From: Gemmatales bacterium
GTDB taxonomy: Bacteria; Planctomycetota; Planctomycetia; Gemmatales; HRBIN36
DNA length: 64,000 bases
Assembly: GCA_041640595.1 (NCBI GenBank)
Contig: JBEPZY010000006.1
Coordinates: forward strand, 32,001-96,000
Direction: 5' to 3'
Below the pieces are notes generated by a model that worked only from the letters and a program-made list of their open reading frames with translations, was not told where the DNA came from and made no database searches. A program made the position numbers and the translations under genes. Below are positions 46,293-56,944 of this stretch, in pieces (the first letter of the stretch is position 1; the number at the start of each line of letters is the position of its first letter).

Positions 46293-46793
46293 ATGCTGGA
46301 GTGGCTTGGGCAAATCGCCTGGAGTGCTGTCACTGGCGGGGTAGGTGTGGTCGCAGGATGGCTACTCAACGAATGGCGGAACAAATACCGTCTGCATGTC
46401 ATGCGCAAACGCCTGGATGAATTGAGCCGTGAACGCGGATGCGCAGAAGCGGTTCTCATTGTTTCCAACCGCGAGGATATCCGCCCCAGTGTGGAACGTT
46501 ACTTGCGGGAACAGCAAAAACCGCACTTACCCACGTTCCACGTTCATCGCCCGGAGCTATTCAGCGATGACGAGACCGAATGGCACGGATTTATCGAATC
46601 CGTACGCAGGGAAGCGCAAAATCTACGCCAGCATGGGCCGACACGAATTTTGTTGTTCACCAACGTCCCTGTCGCCATGGGCATCTGTTTGGGAGCCTTA
46701 CTGGATAACGGCCCGGAGGTCGTGGTGCATCACTACTTCAACGGCATGTATCGCCCCGTAAGCCGGTTAGCCTCGGAGGTCGCTAAACTTTGA
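46293..46793 (+). CDS. Single-TM, SAVED-like domain protein
   Basis: GGGAG RBS; N-terminal TM (IAWSAVTGGVGVVAGWLL); C-terminal RILLFTNVPVAMGICLGALLDNGPEVVVHHYFNGMYRPV resembles the SAVED C-terminal signature. Confidence 0.75.
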   Translation: MLEWLGQIAWSAVTGGVGVVAGWLLNEWRNKYRLHVMRKRLDELSRERGCAEAVLIVSNREDIRPSVERYLREQQKPHLPTFHVHRPELFSDDETEWHGFIESVRREAQNLRQHGPTRILLFTNVPVAMGICLGALLDNGPEVVVHHYFNGMYRPVSRLASEVAKL

Positions 46794-46813
46794 CCGACTC
46801 AAGAGGGCAAACC

Positions 46814-48178
46814 ATGAACAAGGACCTACCACCCGATCAACTAATTGGCGAATGGCTGAGCGATTTTGTGCCCGAAGCTGAGCGCCTGCAACCTGAAGCG
46901 AGCGCTGACAAAGAGGCCAGTCCTGATTCCGCGACTTCGGACTCAGAAAGCAGGAATCTGTCGCCCGCTTCTGATACCGCGAATACGAACCGCGTCGTTC
47001 CTGCTCGCAATCGCACTGATTCCGAAACGGAACCCCACTCCTTTTCGGAAGCCCAGCTGAGCCACGTGGATGTGGGGCGTATGGTTTTCAGTTTCTACTG
47101 CATTGCTCCGGATAGCGAATCTGCTAAAGCTCGAGTCGAGGCGGTTTATCAGCGGCTGCTCCAACTGGTCGAACAGTCCTCGGATTTCCCGCAACCGGAA
47201 CGAGGTAACTTTGGCACTCCTACTGTGCGCTGGCTGGATTGGTCTCTGCAAGCGCCTCAGACCAACTTGAGCTGGTGCGGAGTTTGTGAGCTGATTCTGG
47301 AAGCCGAGCATCTCCAGCAGGGTCAGGGGTGTCTCTGGCGGCTGGAGCAGTATAAACGGTTCGCCCGCTGGCTTGACCGGCTGTTGGGGCAGGCAATTAC
47401 CGAAACAGCCGCCGAGTTTCCTTCGGTGCGACTTGACGATAAACCGTTCCTGTGGACGCTGGCTCTCGATCTCACGCCGCGCGTGGTTTGGACTGACCAG
47501 GCACTGCAGCAATATCGCCGTTCGCTCACCGACTTGCTCCGGGTTCGCTCCGAAGATTCCCATATTTACACCGACCGTGCCATGCAAGAATTACTGCGCA
47601 GCAACCTGGCCTATACGACCGAAGAGTTGCAGCTATTGCATTACAATACCGGCCTCATCTACGTGGCTCATGAGCGATTCTGTAGCCGCGACGGTTTCGG
47701 TTACGTGCAACAGGCCCTGGTGGATAGCAACGCCCTGATTCGCGCCGTTCGGGCATGCTTACTGCTATTCCGGAAGGAATTGAACGACCGGCTCCACAAA
47801 TGGCTGCAGGAACGATTACGCGGACGGCGACTGCGACGTGTCCTGCGGGAAACATTCAGCTATGCCAGCCTCGCTTCCCAGCTACTTCGGCAATTAGATG
47901 AGCAAGCCTTCTGTGCGACCCGCCAGGTCGGCCACCAGCAGACAGTCTTTCGTGCCTTGCTGCACCGTTATCACGTCCCGGAACTGGTCGCCGGTTTACA
48001 GCAACAGGTAACCGAGCTGCATCATCGTATTGCCGACTTGCAGAATCAGTTTCAGGCGAGCCAGCTGCGTTTGATTAATGTGCTGGTGGTAATTCCGGCT
48101 CTGTATTACCTCTGGCGTTTCGTGCATGAATTCTGGCCCGTTTTGCAGCCCCTTTTTGACGCATGGCTGGGCCTCTGA
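46814..48178 (+). CDS. Divergent CorA-like (alpha/beta domain + coiled coil + C-terminal TM) membrane protein
   Basis: GAGGG RBS (an alternative TTG start at 46790 overlaps the upstream stop); NLAYTTEELQLLHYNTGLIY, long helical stalk, TM LINVLVVIPALYYLW. Confidence 0.55.
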   Translation: MNKDLPPDQLIGEWLSDFVPEAERLQPEASADKEASPDSATSDSESRNLSPASDTANTNRVVPARNRTDSETEPHSFSEAQLSHVDVGRMVFSFYCIAPDSESAKARVEAVYQRLLQLVEQSSDFPQPERGNFGTPTVRWLDWSLQAPQTNLSWCGVCELILEAEHLQQGQGCLWRLEQYKRFARWLDRLLGQAITETAAEFPSVRLDDKPFLWTLALDLTPRVVWTDQALQQYRRSLTDLLRVRSEDSHIYTDRAMQELLRSNLAYTTEELQLLHYNTGLIYVAHERFCSRDGFGYVQQALVDSNALIRAVRACLLLFRKELNDRLHKWLQERLRGRRLRRVLRETFSYASLASQLLRQLDEQAFCATRQVGHQQTVFRALLHRYHVPELVAGLQQQVTELHHRIADLQNQFQASQLRLINVLVVIPALYYLWRFVHEFWPVLQPLFDAWLGL

Positions 48179-48250
48179 GCCGGAATAGACGCAACCCAGG
48201 CACCAGGAGCACCTGCAAAATCAGACACAGGCAGATCGAAGGTTTTACGA

Positions 48251-49327
48251 TCAATGCCGGAACAAAAATAGCGCCACCAGGTCAATGATAAACAGCAGTA
48301 CGATGGCCGCTTCCATCCAGAGCATGCGCCGCTCATAAATCTCGCTCTGGAAAATCTGGTACAGGTGGTCGAGCTGGCTCAGACGTTGCTGCACACTTTG
48401 CCGCCAGTCGTCCAGATGGAAGCGTTCTTTAGCGCCAAGATAAACCCGGGCCAGATACCAGTCGCCGAGGAATTTGGTAATGTGCGTTACCTCATCGGCA
48501 ATGCGGGTCACATCCACGCGGAAACGTCGCAGCTTCGATAAAGTTCGCCGTAACCCGAACAGGAACGCCCAGCGCATTCGCTCCAGGTCTTCGTAGGCAC
48601 GGTCGAGATACTTATCGAGCCGGTGATCCATCATGCGAAACTCTTCCAGCTGCAAATTGGCCAGCTCCAGCACGTAGAGCACATCTTCCATGTACCCTTT
48701 GGTGTCCACCACCAATGCAGCATCCCAGTCAATGACGACCAGATCGGTTCTTTCGTAGGCCCGGCGAATGCGCAAAGTCTCCTGAATCTGGTCTTCGCTC
48801 AGGGTTTCGGGCGAAGTTTGCGTGAGCAAGCCGGCAATTTCGCGGCGATTCTTCACGAACCACTCCGAAGCGTCGCCCTCCGCACCCAGGTCGGTAATGC
48901 AGAAAACGGTATAGGCTTCCGGTTCGATGATCCGGGAGCTGCGTATCAGCACAGGTCGCAAACCCTCGTACACCTCATCGCAAATCCGCCGGGCAAAACG
49001 ATCCAGCGTATCGCCGGAATCCAGTCGTGGGTCATGCAGAGCCATCAACGAACGCAGACTGTCCCCTTCCCAGGGGACGCGAAAGGTAACCGAAATCACC
49101 CCCACACCGTAAACCCGCACCAGCACTCCAACCGGACGCTCGCCAATCGTGGCGGTGACCAGAGGTTCCACTGCCAGCGGCTGATACAGCGGCAATTCGC
49201 GCGGAATCTGGCTGGACAAGCGGACAACGAAAGGCACCGCCTTTTTGGAAAGTATCTCGGTGACCAGTCCGAGGGCGATTTCGTCGGCCACGTCGAATGC
49301 GTACAGGTAAACCACCTCGCCTTTCAT
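48251..49327 (-). CDS. Conserved hypothetical membrane protein, CorA/RMD1(DUF155)-like architecture
   Basis: YLYAFDVADEI, DLVVIDWDAALVV, LELANLQLEE, KFLGDWYLARVY, C-terminal TM MEAAIVLLFIIDLV. Confidence 0.7.
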   Translation of the reverse strand: MKGEVVYLYAFDVADEIALGLVTEILSKKAVPFVVRLSSQIPRELPLYQPLAVEPLVTATIGERPVGVLVRVYGVGVISVTFRVPWEGDSLRSLMALHDPRLDSGDTLDRFARRICDEVYEGLRPVLIRSSRIIEPEAYTVFCITDLGAEGDASEWFVKNRREIAGLLTQTSPETLSEDQIQETLRIRRAYERTDLVVIDWDAALVVDTKGYMEDVLYVLELANLQLEEFRMMDHRLDKYLDRAYEDLERMRWAFLFGLRRTLSKLRRFRVDVTRIADEVTHITKFLGDWYLARVYLGAKERFHLDDWRQSVQQRLSQLDHLYQIFQSEIYERRMLWMEAAIVLLFIIDLVALFLFRH

Positions 49328-49525
49328 AATGTATCAGCATAATGCCGCAGGAACCGGACTGCCAGAGTACGATCCGAACAGTTTCACCTTGCCTGGCATC
49401 GCTGCCGTAACGCGGGTAAAATATAGCAGGCAGAGTCAGGACAAATCCAGCCCGCAAAAGCTTTTCCGGGTAAGGGGCATTCTCGATCGGCCCAGGTCTC
49501 ATAATGGCATAAGCGGAGAAGGCAG

Positions 49526-50182
49526 GTGACCGCAGGCGAACGGGATCGCGAGTTAGTTGCACGCTGCCTGCGACGGGAACCGGCGGCATGGCGCGAGTTT
49601 GTTGACCGGTATCTGCCGCTGTTGTACTACGTCATCCAGCACACTTCCACGCAGTTGAGTGTGCCTGTATCGCCCGAAGAAACCGAGGATTTAGCTGCGG
49701 ATGTGCTGACGCAGCTTATTCAGGATAATTTTCGCGCTTTACGGCAGTTTGAGGGGAAGTCGCGCTTGAGCACCTATCTGGTGGTGATCGCCCGCCGACT
49801 GGTCCTGCGTCAGTTGCGAAAAAAGCTGACCGGTCCGGTGGTTAAACCTTTGCCAGATGGCCAGGCCCTTGGCGATGAAGGCCAGGATTGGCGACGCCAG
49901 AGCACTCGCCCGGAGATTATCGAGGAAATACACGAACTGCTTCGCCGCTTGCCTCGCCGCCTTCGCCAGATTGTGCGCATGTACTACCTCGAAGGTCGCA
50001 GCTACGAAGAGATCAGCACCGCCCTGAACATTCCCGTCAACAGCATCGGTCCCGTACTTACGCGGGCCCGACGGTTGTTGCTGACTCGGCTGCGTGAACG
50101 GGAGCAAGCGGGCGGCTCTGCTTCCGAAAATTCCGCAACCCAGCACACTTCAGCCGATAAACAACCGCCGGAGCCGAGTTGA
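49526..50182 (+). CDS. ECF-type sigma-70 factor
   Basis: AWREFVDRY, EDLAADV, LSTYLVVIARR, YLEGRSYEEIS...SIGPVLTRAR. Confidence 0.93.
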   Translation: MTAGERDRELVARCLRREPAAWREFVDRYLPLLYYVIQHTSTQLSVPVSPEETEDLAADVLTQLIQDNFRALRQFEGKSRLSTYLVVIARRLVLRQLRKKLTGPVVKPLPDGQALGDEGQDWRRQSTRPEIIEEIHELLRRLPRRLRQIVRMYYLEGRSYEEISTALNIPVNSIGPVLTRARRLLLTRLREREQAGGSASENSATQHTSADKQPPEPS

Positions 50183-50274
50183 GCCGAACTCCCTGCAAAC
50201 CCCTTTACCGTCCTGGTATCTGCATGGGTCCCCAATGGGGCGTGTTCCGGTTCCTTCCGTTACAGGTAGCCAGT

Positions 50275-51741
50275 TCAAGCGAGGATGTCGTACACCACCC
50301 GGCCGTGCACATCGGTGAGACGAACGTCGCGGCCTTCAAAGCGGAAAGTTAGCTTTTCGTGGTCGAGCCCAAGCAGGTGCAGGATGGTTGCCTGAAGGTC
50401 GTGCACGTGAACAGGATTTTCGACCGCGAAGTAGCCGAGTTCGTCGGTGGCACCGTAGCTGAAACCGGCTTTGACACCGCCACCGGCCAGCCAGATAGTG
50501 AAGGCGTGCTGATGGTGGTCACGGCCCAGCCACTTGGAGCCGTTGCGTTCCTCGTTCATCGGGGTTCGGCCAAACTCGCCGCCCCAGATCACCAGCGTGG
50601 TGTCGAGCAAGCCCCGCTGTTTGAGGTCGCGGATAAGAGCAGCGCAGGCCTGGTCAGTTTCCCGGCACCGCTGCACCAGCCCATAGCGCAGATCGTTGCC
50701 CATGTGGTCGCCGTGCTGATCCCACCCCCAGTGATACAGTTGCACAAACCGCACACCTGCCTCCACCAGTCGCCGAGCCAGTAAACAATTGTTGGCGAAC
50801 GAACGCTGACCGGGCGTGGTGCCGTAAAGCCGGTGGATGTACTCGGGCTCCCTGGAGATGTCCATGACCTCCGGCACGCTGGTCTGCATACGGTAGGCCA
50901 TCTCGTACTGATTGATCCGGGTCAGAATCTCCGGATCGCCGACCGCCTGTAACTGCAATTCGTTGAGCCGACGCAATGCATCTAGCGACTGGCGCCGCAG
51001 GTCACGATCCAGACCAGGCGGGTTATTGAGGAACAACACCGGTTCGCCATCGGAACGCAGACGAACGCCCTGATGAACAGTGGGCAGGCAACCGCTGCTC
51101 CACAGCGCCGCCCCGCCATCCGGTGCAGCCGTCCCAGAAATCAACACCACGAAGCTCGGTAGATTGCGATTCTCCGTCCCCAGGCCATACGATACCCACG
51201 AACCCATACTCGGCCGACCGGGCCGCGGAAAACCGGTGTGCACAAACAACTGGGCCGGCGCGTGGTTGAATTGATCCGTTTTCATCGAACGAACCACGCA
51301 CAGTTCGTCGGCAACCGTGGCCAGATGCGGCAGAATGTCGGACATCATCTGCCCGCACTTCCCGCGCGGGGCAAACTTGTGCGGCGTGCCCAGCAATTTC
51401 GGTACGCCACGGATAAACGCAAACTGCTGCCCCTTGTAATACGATTCCGGGCACGGCTGGCCATTCAGTTCCAGCAGTTTCGGTTTGTAATCGAACAAAT
51501 CGAGCTGGGAAGGAGCGCCAGCCATGTGCAGATAAATCACGCTGCGGGCACGTGGACGAAAATGGGGCGGTTTGGCTGCCAGCGGATCGGCTGCTGCACC
51601 CCGCTCGCTCTGGGCAAACGCCTCCGGACACAGTAACGACGCCAGGGCCAACGTCCCTAATCCCACGCCACAATCCCGGAAAAACTGCCGACGCGTCCGA
51701 TACTTCAGATATTCCAGGCGTACCAGTTCTTGCAGATTCAT
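50275..51741 (-). CDS. DUF1501 domain protein (Tat signal)
   Basis: TRRQFF Tat motif, [38 protein letters not shown]. Confidence 0.95.
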   Translation of the reverse strand: MNLQELVRLEYLKYRTRRQFFRDCGVGLGTLALASLLCPEAFAQSERGAAADPLAAKPPHFRPRARSVIYLHMAGAPSQLDLFDYKPKLLELNGQPCPESYYKGQQFAFIRGVPKLLGTPHKFAPRGKCGQMMSDILPHLATVADELCVVRSMKTDQFNHAPAQLFVHTGFPRPGRPSMGSWVSYGLGTENRNLPSFVVLISGTAAPDGGAALWSSGCLPTVHQGVRLRSDGEPVLFLNNPPGLDRDLRRQSLDALRRLNELQLQAVGDPEILTRINQYEMAYRMQTSVPEVMDISREPEYIHRLYGTTPGQRSFANNCLLARRLVEAGVRFVQLYHWGWDQHGDHMGNDLRYGLVQRCRETDQACAALIRDLKQRGLLDTTLVIWGGEFGRTPMNEERNGSKWLGRDHHQHAFTIWLAGGGVKAGFSYGATDELGYFAVENPVHVHDLQATILHLLGLDHEKLTFRFEGRDVRLTDVHGRVVYDILA

Positions 51742-52030
51742 GCGGGCTCTCCCTGACAGCTCAGCCTGCTATTTATGATGCACCTCCGACCAGAAAAAGC
51801 AAGTGGCCGAACCGGTTTGAAAACGAGTCTGCTGTTGGCGCAGCCAACCGCAAGATATGGCGAAATCGGGCTTGTCTGGACTGGCTCGACAAACACTTCC
51901 TGCGTCGCCTTATCCCACTGACTTGCGCGAAACCCGCCTGGACTTGCCACCCTGTGCCCCGCGGCTAGTGTAACTGCAAGCGGGGAAACTTCACCGAATC
52001 CACGGGCCTTGTTCCGAAAGGAGGTCAACC

Positions 52031-52984
52031 ATGCACAGGGTTCGACGGCACCGGGGCATGCACGGCTTCACGCTGATCGAGTTGCTGGTGGTCATCGCCA
52101 TTATTGGGCTGCTGATGGCGCTATTGCTACCGGCAATTCAGCGTGTCCGCGAGGCAGCCAACCGAATGCGCTGCAGTAACAATCTCAAGCAAATCGGCAT
52201 CGCCCTGCACAATTACCACAACGATTACAACTCCTTCCCGCCGGGTGGTGTAACCGAAGGATGTTGTTGCAGCACCCGGAGTGGTATCACCTGGACAATA
52301 GCCATCCTACCCTACATGGAACAGGATGCCCTGTACAAGCAGTACAATCAAAACGCGTTCAATGAGGACACTGTTAATGCACCAGTAGTGCAGGCGCTGG
52401 TCAAACCGTATTACACCTGCCCCTCCGATATCGAAACCGACCGGCTGGACTTTCCGGAAAGCGGGCCAGGTTCCGGGTTACTTTATCGTCGGGGTTCGTA
52501 CCGTGCAGTTTCCGGAGGTAGCGATGGATTGGCCTGGTTCGACGATTGCTGCAACAACCTGCCGGTGAATTGGCGCGGTGCGATGCACTCTACCTGCCAG
52601 ATGCGCAATCTGACTACCGAACGGCTCGACGATATCCAGGATGGGACATCGAACACCATCATTGTGGGCGAATATACCAACCGCGATCGCCCTCGTCGCC
52701 GCACTTTCTGGGCTTACACCTACACTTCGTACAATCAATCTTCCATCACCCAGAATCAATCTCGCATGTTGATGAACGAATATAACCGTTGCGCTGCGGT
52801 AGGCGGCACCGGCGGTGACAATCCCTGCAAGCGCGGTTTTGCCAGCATGCACGCGGGTGGAGTCATCAATTTCCTGTTCGGCGACGGTCGCGTCTTGCCC
52901 ATCCGCACCACAGTGGACATCAACTTGCTGTTCGCCCTGGCCACCATCCAGAACGGGGAAATGATCAACCTGGGCGGACTCTAA
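52031..52984 (+). CDS. DUF1559 prepilin-type N-terminal cleavage/methylation domain protein
   Basis: [38 protein letters not shown]-x-DG motif ([13 protein letters not shown]). Confidence 0.96.
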   Translation: MHRVRRHRGMHGFTLIELLVVIAIIGLLMALLLPAIQRVREAANRMRCSNNLKQIGIALHNYHNDYNSFPPGGVTEGCCCSTRSGITWTIAILPYMEQDALYKQYNQNAFNEDTVNAPVVQALVKPYYTCPSDIETDRLDFPESGPGSGLLYRRGSYRAVSGGSDGLAWFDDCCNNLPVNWRGAMHSTCQMRNLTTERLDDIQDGTSNTIIVGEYTNRDRPRRRTFWAYTYTSYNQSSITQNQSRMLMNEYNRCAAVGGTGGDNPCKRGFASMHAGGVINFLFGDGRVLPIRTTVDINLLFALATIQNGEMINLGGL

Positions 52985-53038
52985 ACCAGCGGACGCAGTG
53001 CGTCGCGGATTATACGGCTGCTTTGGGGAGAACAAGTC

Positions 53039-53455
53039 ATGCGCAGGGCAGTGATATTGCTGGCTGGTGGCGCGGCGCTCATCCTGGCCGGTTGCGGCAA
53101 GGCATCCAACATTGTGCCGGTTTCCGGTCGCGTCACTATGGACGGCCAACCGCTCGCCGAGGCACGCGTGACATTCCAGCCTATCGGCGATTGGCAGAAC
53201 CCGTACCCCGGCCCGGCTTCCTATGGCGTAACGGACAGCAATGGCTATTTCACGCTGAGTCTGATGGATTCGGGGCAGTCGGGAGCGATGGTCGGCAAAC
53301 ATCGGGTCACCATTACGCCCAAGGAATCCGCGGTAACCAGTTCCGACGCCGGTTATTACAACGCCTTGCCCCCAGCGCAGCAGCCGCAAACCGTGGAATT
53401 CGAGGTTCCGCCGGGAGGTACCCAGAGCGCCAATTTTGACCTCAAAAGTCAGTGA
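53039..53455 (+). CDS. Carboxypeptidase-regulatory-like lipoprotein (typical DUF1559 partner)
   Basis: Lipobox LAGC, VSGRVTMDGQPL, GVTDSNGYFTL, GAMVGKHRVTI, ANFDL. Confidence 0.9.
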   Translation: MRRAVILLAGGAALILAGCGKASNIVPVSGRVTMDGQPLAEARVTFQPIGDWQNPYPGPASYGVTDSNGYFTLSLMDSGQSGAMVGKHRVTITPKESAVTSSDAGYYNALPPAQQPQTVEFEVPPGGTQSANFDLKSQ

Positions 53456-53694
53456 TTCGACCAACAGCTTGGAAAGGGCTTGTGTAACAGCGATCGGCTG
53501 GTCGCCCTCGCAATAAGTCGCGGCCTCACCGCGCCAGAGCCCTAGCCGATACCAGTAGCGGGCTGATGGGCAACGGCTGATGCGATTCGTTTATCGGCCT
53601 AAATCACATGGTCCGCGCGTTGCCACTCAATTGCCTGGCTCGCGTGTTTTCATTGCCACGGCGAGCTGACATCGGCCGCTGAACAAGCACGAAT

Positions 53695-55533
53695 TTATCG
53701 AAGTTCGGCCTGCAACTTGACTTTCTTTTCGCCGCGTTCCACCGTGATCTCGATTTTGTCGCCGGCTTTGAAACTGGCCATCACCGCCATGTACGCGGTC
53801 AGGTTCGGCACCGGTTTGCCAGCAATTTCCACGATACGATCGCCGCGCTGCAAGCCTGCTTTGGCTGCCGGCGTATCCGGCACAACATCTTCAACGAGCA
53901 CGCCCGGTTTATTGTCGTCGTAATTGGGCATGATTCCCAGACGTGGCCCGCGTAACGGCGTAGCACCCGGCTTCGCCGGGGCTGCCACGGCAACATATTC
54001 CGGACGGGGCTGCATAGTGCTCAGCGTGGCAATCAATTCTTCCCCCATATCCACAATGCGACGAATGCCAGCTACGTTGATCGTATCCACGGTATCGGTG
54101 GGACGATGGTACTGGGCATGTGTCCCGGTGAAGAAATGGAATACCGGAATTTTGCGACTGTAAAAGGAAGCGTGGTCGCTCGGCCCGAAGCCGCTTGGTA
54201 CCTTGCCGATCTGGAAACCGTGCTTTTTCCCCAGCTCATCAATCAGCTTATCGAAACCCTTGGCAGTGCCGGTACCGTACACTGTCAACTTGTCGTCGCG
54301 CAATCGGCCTACCATGTCGAAATTAACCATGACCGCGGTCTTTTCGAGCGGGAAGATGGGATTGTTGCAGTAGTGGCGTGAGCCGAGCAATCCCTGCTCC
54401 TCGCCGGAAAAGAAAATGAAGACCAGCCGTCGGCCCTGTCGGTCGCGCATCTCGGCAAATCGGCGGGCCAGCTCCAGAACCGCTACTGTTCCGGAGGCAT
54501 TGTCGTCAGCGCCATAGTGAATCGCTTTGACTCCGCGGGCCAGACTGGCACGCTCTCCGTAACCGAGGTGATCGTAATGGGCCCCGATGACCACCGTTTC
54601 GTCGGCGAGTGGCCCTTTGCCTTCCAGAACGCCAATGACGTTTTTCAAAGTGATGTATTCGCGTTCCACTTCCGTTTGCAATTCCACCTGCCAACCGCGG
54701 ATAGGAAACGACTGCGGTCGTGCTTCGCGGCTCATGGCCGCTTCGAGGTCGCCAAGACGGTGACCGACACTGGCGAGCAGTCGATCTACCACCTCACGTT
54801 TGACATGGAGTACGGGCAACGAGGCAGGTTCGCGGCTCTGGGAGGTGTATTCAAAAGGCATCAGCTCATCCTTGTTCTGCGCTGCCAGAGGTGCGTCGTT
54901 GACAAACAGTACCGCAGCCGCTTTTCGCAGCGCTGCGTTGGCTGCTTTCGTCTGCAATGCTGCTGCCGGGTGATTGTTTCCGCCTGGGAAGATAGCCGCT
55001 TCCCCGTGGTCAACACGAGGCAACCGGCGCAGGATAACGACCACTTTGCCAGTCACGTCCACTCCTGCGAAATCGTCCCAGGCTGGCTGATTCGAAACCA
55101 CGCCGAATCCCGCAAACACGACTTCACCTTTTACATGCCCGGAACTGCCGAAACCGACAACCTGATAATGCTTGCCACGTTCCAGGATAAACCGCTGACC
55201 TTGCGGCCCGTGCAAAAGCAAACGTTGCGTCGGCCCAAGCTTTGCCTGACCAACCACGCGGAAGGGTTGGAAGTAGCCGGTCTCCTGGCTGATCGGTTTC
55301 AGTCCCAGGCGTTGCAGTTCGGCGGCAAGATAATCCGCAGCGCGATTAATGCCCTTGGTGAAAATGCCGCGGCCTTCACATTCGTCCCCGGCCAGGAATT
55401 TCAGGTCGGCGAGAATGCGACTTTCGACCGTCGCAGCATCCCGTCCTGATACCAGCGCCAGCCAGCACAACACTGCCAGTGCAGCCATGCTCAGTTGCCA
55501 GATACGGCCGGGTCGTTTAGTTTCCTCTCGCAT
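53695..55533 (-). CDS. M28 family peptidase with PA and PDZ domains
   Basis: GAHYDHLG, GADDNASG, SGEEQGLLGS, NFDMVGR, SDHASF, YHRPTD; C-terminal PDZ. Confidence 0.95.
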   Translation of the reverse strand: MREETKRPGRIWQLSMAALAVLCWLALVSGRDAATVESRILADLKFLAGDECEGRGIFTKGINRAADYLAAELQRLGLKPISQETGYFQPFRVVGQAKLGPTQRLLLHGPQGQRFILERGKHYQVVGFGSSGHVKGEVVFAGFGVVSNQPAWDDFAGVDVTGKVVVILRRLPRVDHGEAAIFPGGNNHPAAALQTKAANAALRKAAAVLFVNDAPLAAQNKDELMPFEYTSQSREPASLPVLHVKREVVDRLLASVGHRLGDLEAAMSREARPQSFPIRGWQVELQTEVEREYITLKNVIGVLEGKGPLADETVVIGAHYDHLGYGERASLARGVKAIHYGADDNASGTVAVLELARRFAEMRDRQGRRLVFIFFSGEEQGLLGSRHYCNNPIFPLEKTAVMVNFDMVGRLRDDKLTVYGTGTAKGFDKLIDELGKKHGFQIGKVPSGFGPSDHASFYSRKIPVFHFFTGTHAQYHRPTDTVDTINVAGIRRIVDMGEELIATLSTMQPRPEYVAVAAPAKPGATPLRGPRLGIMPNYDDNKPGVLVEDVVPDTPAAKAGLQRGDRIVEIAGKPVPNLTAYMAVMASFKAGDKIEITVERGEKKVKLQAELR

Positions 55534-55722
55534 AGGCGCCTCCGGAAGTTTGGGAAATTAGCTTGCCAATTTGTCAGGGCCGCGCGTTTACTGCCGGGCT
55601 ACCGTTGCCGCTGGAAACAGGCAACCGGTGCTCCAGGACGCAGGCATTGTATCTTAGTGGAAAGACGACTGACTCAGGTGTGGCCAACAAAACCGCGACA
55701 GGTTCACACTCGAAAAGGCCGC

Positions 55723-56898
55723 TCACATCTGACACCAATCCGGATGGGGCTGGGAGTGGATCGTAGGTGGGGATGATTGCAGCCGATGAATTTCCGTCAG
55801 CACCGAACGGATAGCATCGCGATTTTCGAGAACCTCGATACGCAACCAGGTGCGATACCGACCATGCGGTGGTAGCTGGATCACGCGACCGTGCTGGCGT
55901 TCAAAACTTTTGAAATTGGGAAAATTCGTCGCCGGTTCCAGCCCCGTGACATAGCCATCTTCGACCGCCGCTGTGTTTTTCCAGACAATGAAGCGAGGCA
56001 GCTGGGCGATACGAAACCGTAAGACCACTCCCCGCTCCTCGCTGCAATTGTGCAATAATGCGAGTGTGCCGCCGTCGGAATCGGCAAACAGCTCAGTGAA
56101 GTAAACCTGCTCAACAAAACCAGCGGTTGGCCCGGTATAGCTATCCCAGCTGGCGATGCCCTCCGCAGCACGAACATTGCGCGGGGCGAGTTCCCGCACG
56201 GGGGCAATAATCCGACTACCGTTCTCCAAAAAAGGCGGGCCAAAATTGCAATGGTATAACAACTCCAGTTCGGCTGGTTTGGGGCTCAGGTTGACTATTT
56301 CGTCCTCAATTTCCAACCAGTTGGCGGCCACCGCAGTGCGAATGGTGCTGCGTAACTCCAGATGCGTGAAAAATAATGTCGCCTCCTGAACCCGACCATG
56401 CACTTCCAGCCAGTACGGTGGCTGGGAACTCACCTGTACCGCAAGATAATGGGCGGGCTGGTTGGCGATCCGTCCGTGCAACGGGAGAAACTCCCCGGTC
56501 TGCGGATCGTGTCCTGGTGGGCCATTCGAATGCAGTCCGCAGCGACAAATCCATTCATCGAAACCGTCCAGCCAGCCCAGACCACCCCGGTCGAGTAAGT
56601 TCACCCACTGCGGATGTACTGGTCCGCGAATGGGAGCCTGCCAGCCCAAACGCAGACCGCGATACTCACCCCGCCACAGACCCATTCCGCGTGTCGGTAA
56701 GATGCACACCGTCAAAGCGCCATTGTGTACCTCAACAAGTTCCACGCCATCGCGCCGACCGCCACGCAACGTGCGTTTGTTCACAAACCACGAAGCCGGG
56801 AACGGCGTCGTGGGAAAATCGCCCGAACTCACATGAAAGCGCTCCGTCCACAAATCGGCCGAGACATCCGTCAGCAACCAGCGTTGCGTATCTGCCAT
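55723..56898 (-). CDS. Aldose 1-epimerase family (DUF4432-like) protein
   Basis: LPTRGMG, LHGRIAN, LYHCNFG, GYVTGLEPATNFPN. Confidence 0.88.
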   Translation of the reverse strand: MADTQRWLLTDVSADLWTERFHVSSGDFPTTPFPASWFVNKRTLRGGRRDGVELVEVHNGALTVCILPTRGMGLWRGEYRGLRLGWQAPIRGPVHPQWVNLLDRGGLGWLDGFDEWICRCGLHSNGPPGHDPQTGEFLPLHGRIANQPAHYLAVQVSSQPPYWLEVHGRVQEATLFFTHLELRSTIRTAVAANWLEIEDEIVNLSPKPAELELLYHCNFGPPFLENGSRIIAPVRELAPRNVRAAEGIASWDSYTGPTAGFVEQVYFTELFADSDGGTLALLHNCSEERGVVLRFRIAQLPRFIVWKNTAAVEDGYVTGLEPATNFPNFKSFERQHGRVIQLPPHGRYRTWLRIEVLENRDAIRSVLTEIHRLQSSPPTIHSQPHPDWCQM

Positions 56899-56944
56899 GC
56901 CGGGCTCCCCATCAGTGATAGCGAATCGCTCGATCGTTGCCGCC

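Noticed and set aside
52478..55449. ORFs 52478..53464 (-) and 54517..55449 (+)
   Set aside because: They overlap well-supported genes on the opposite strand.
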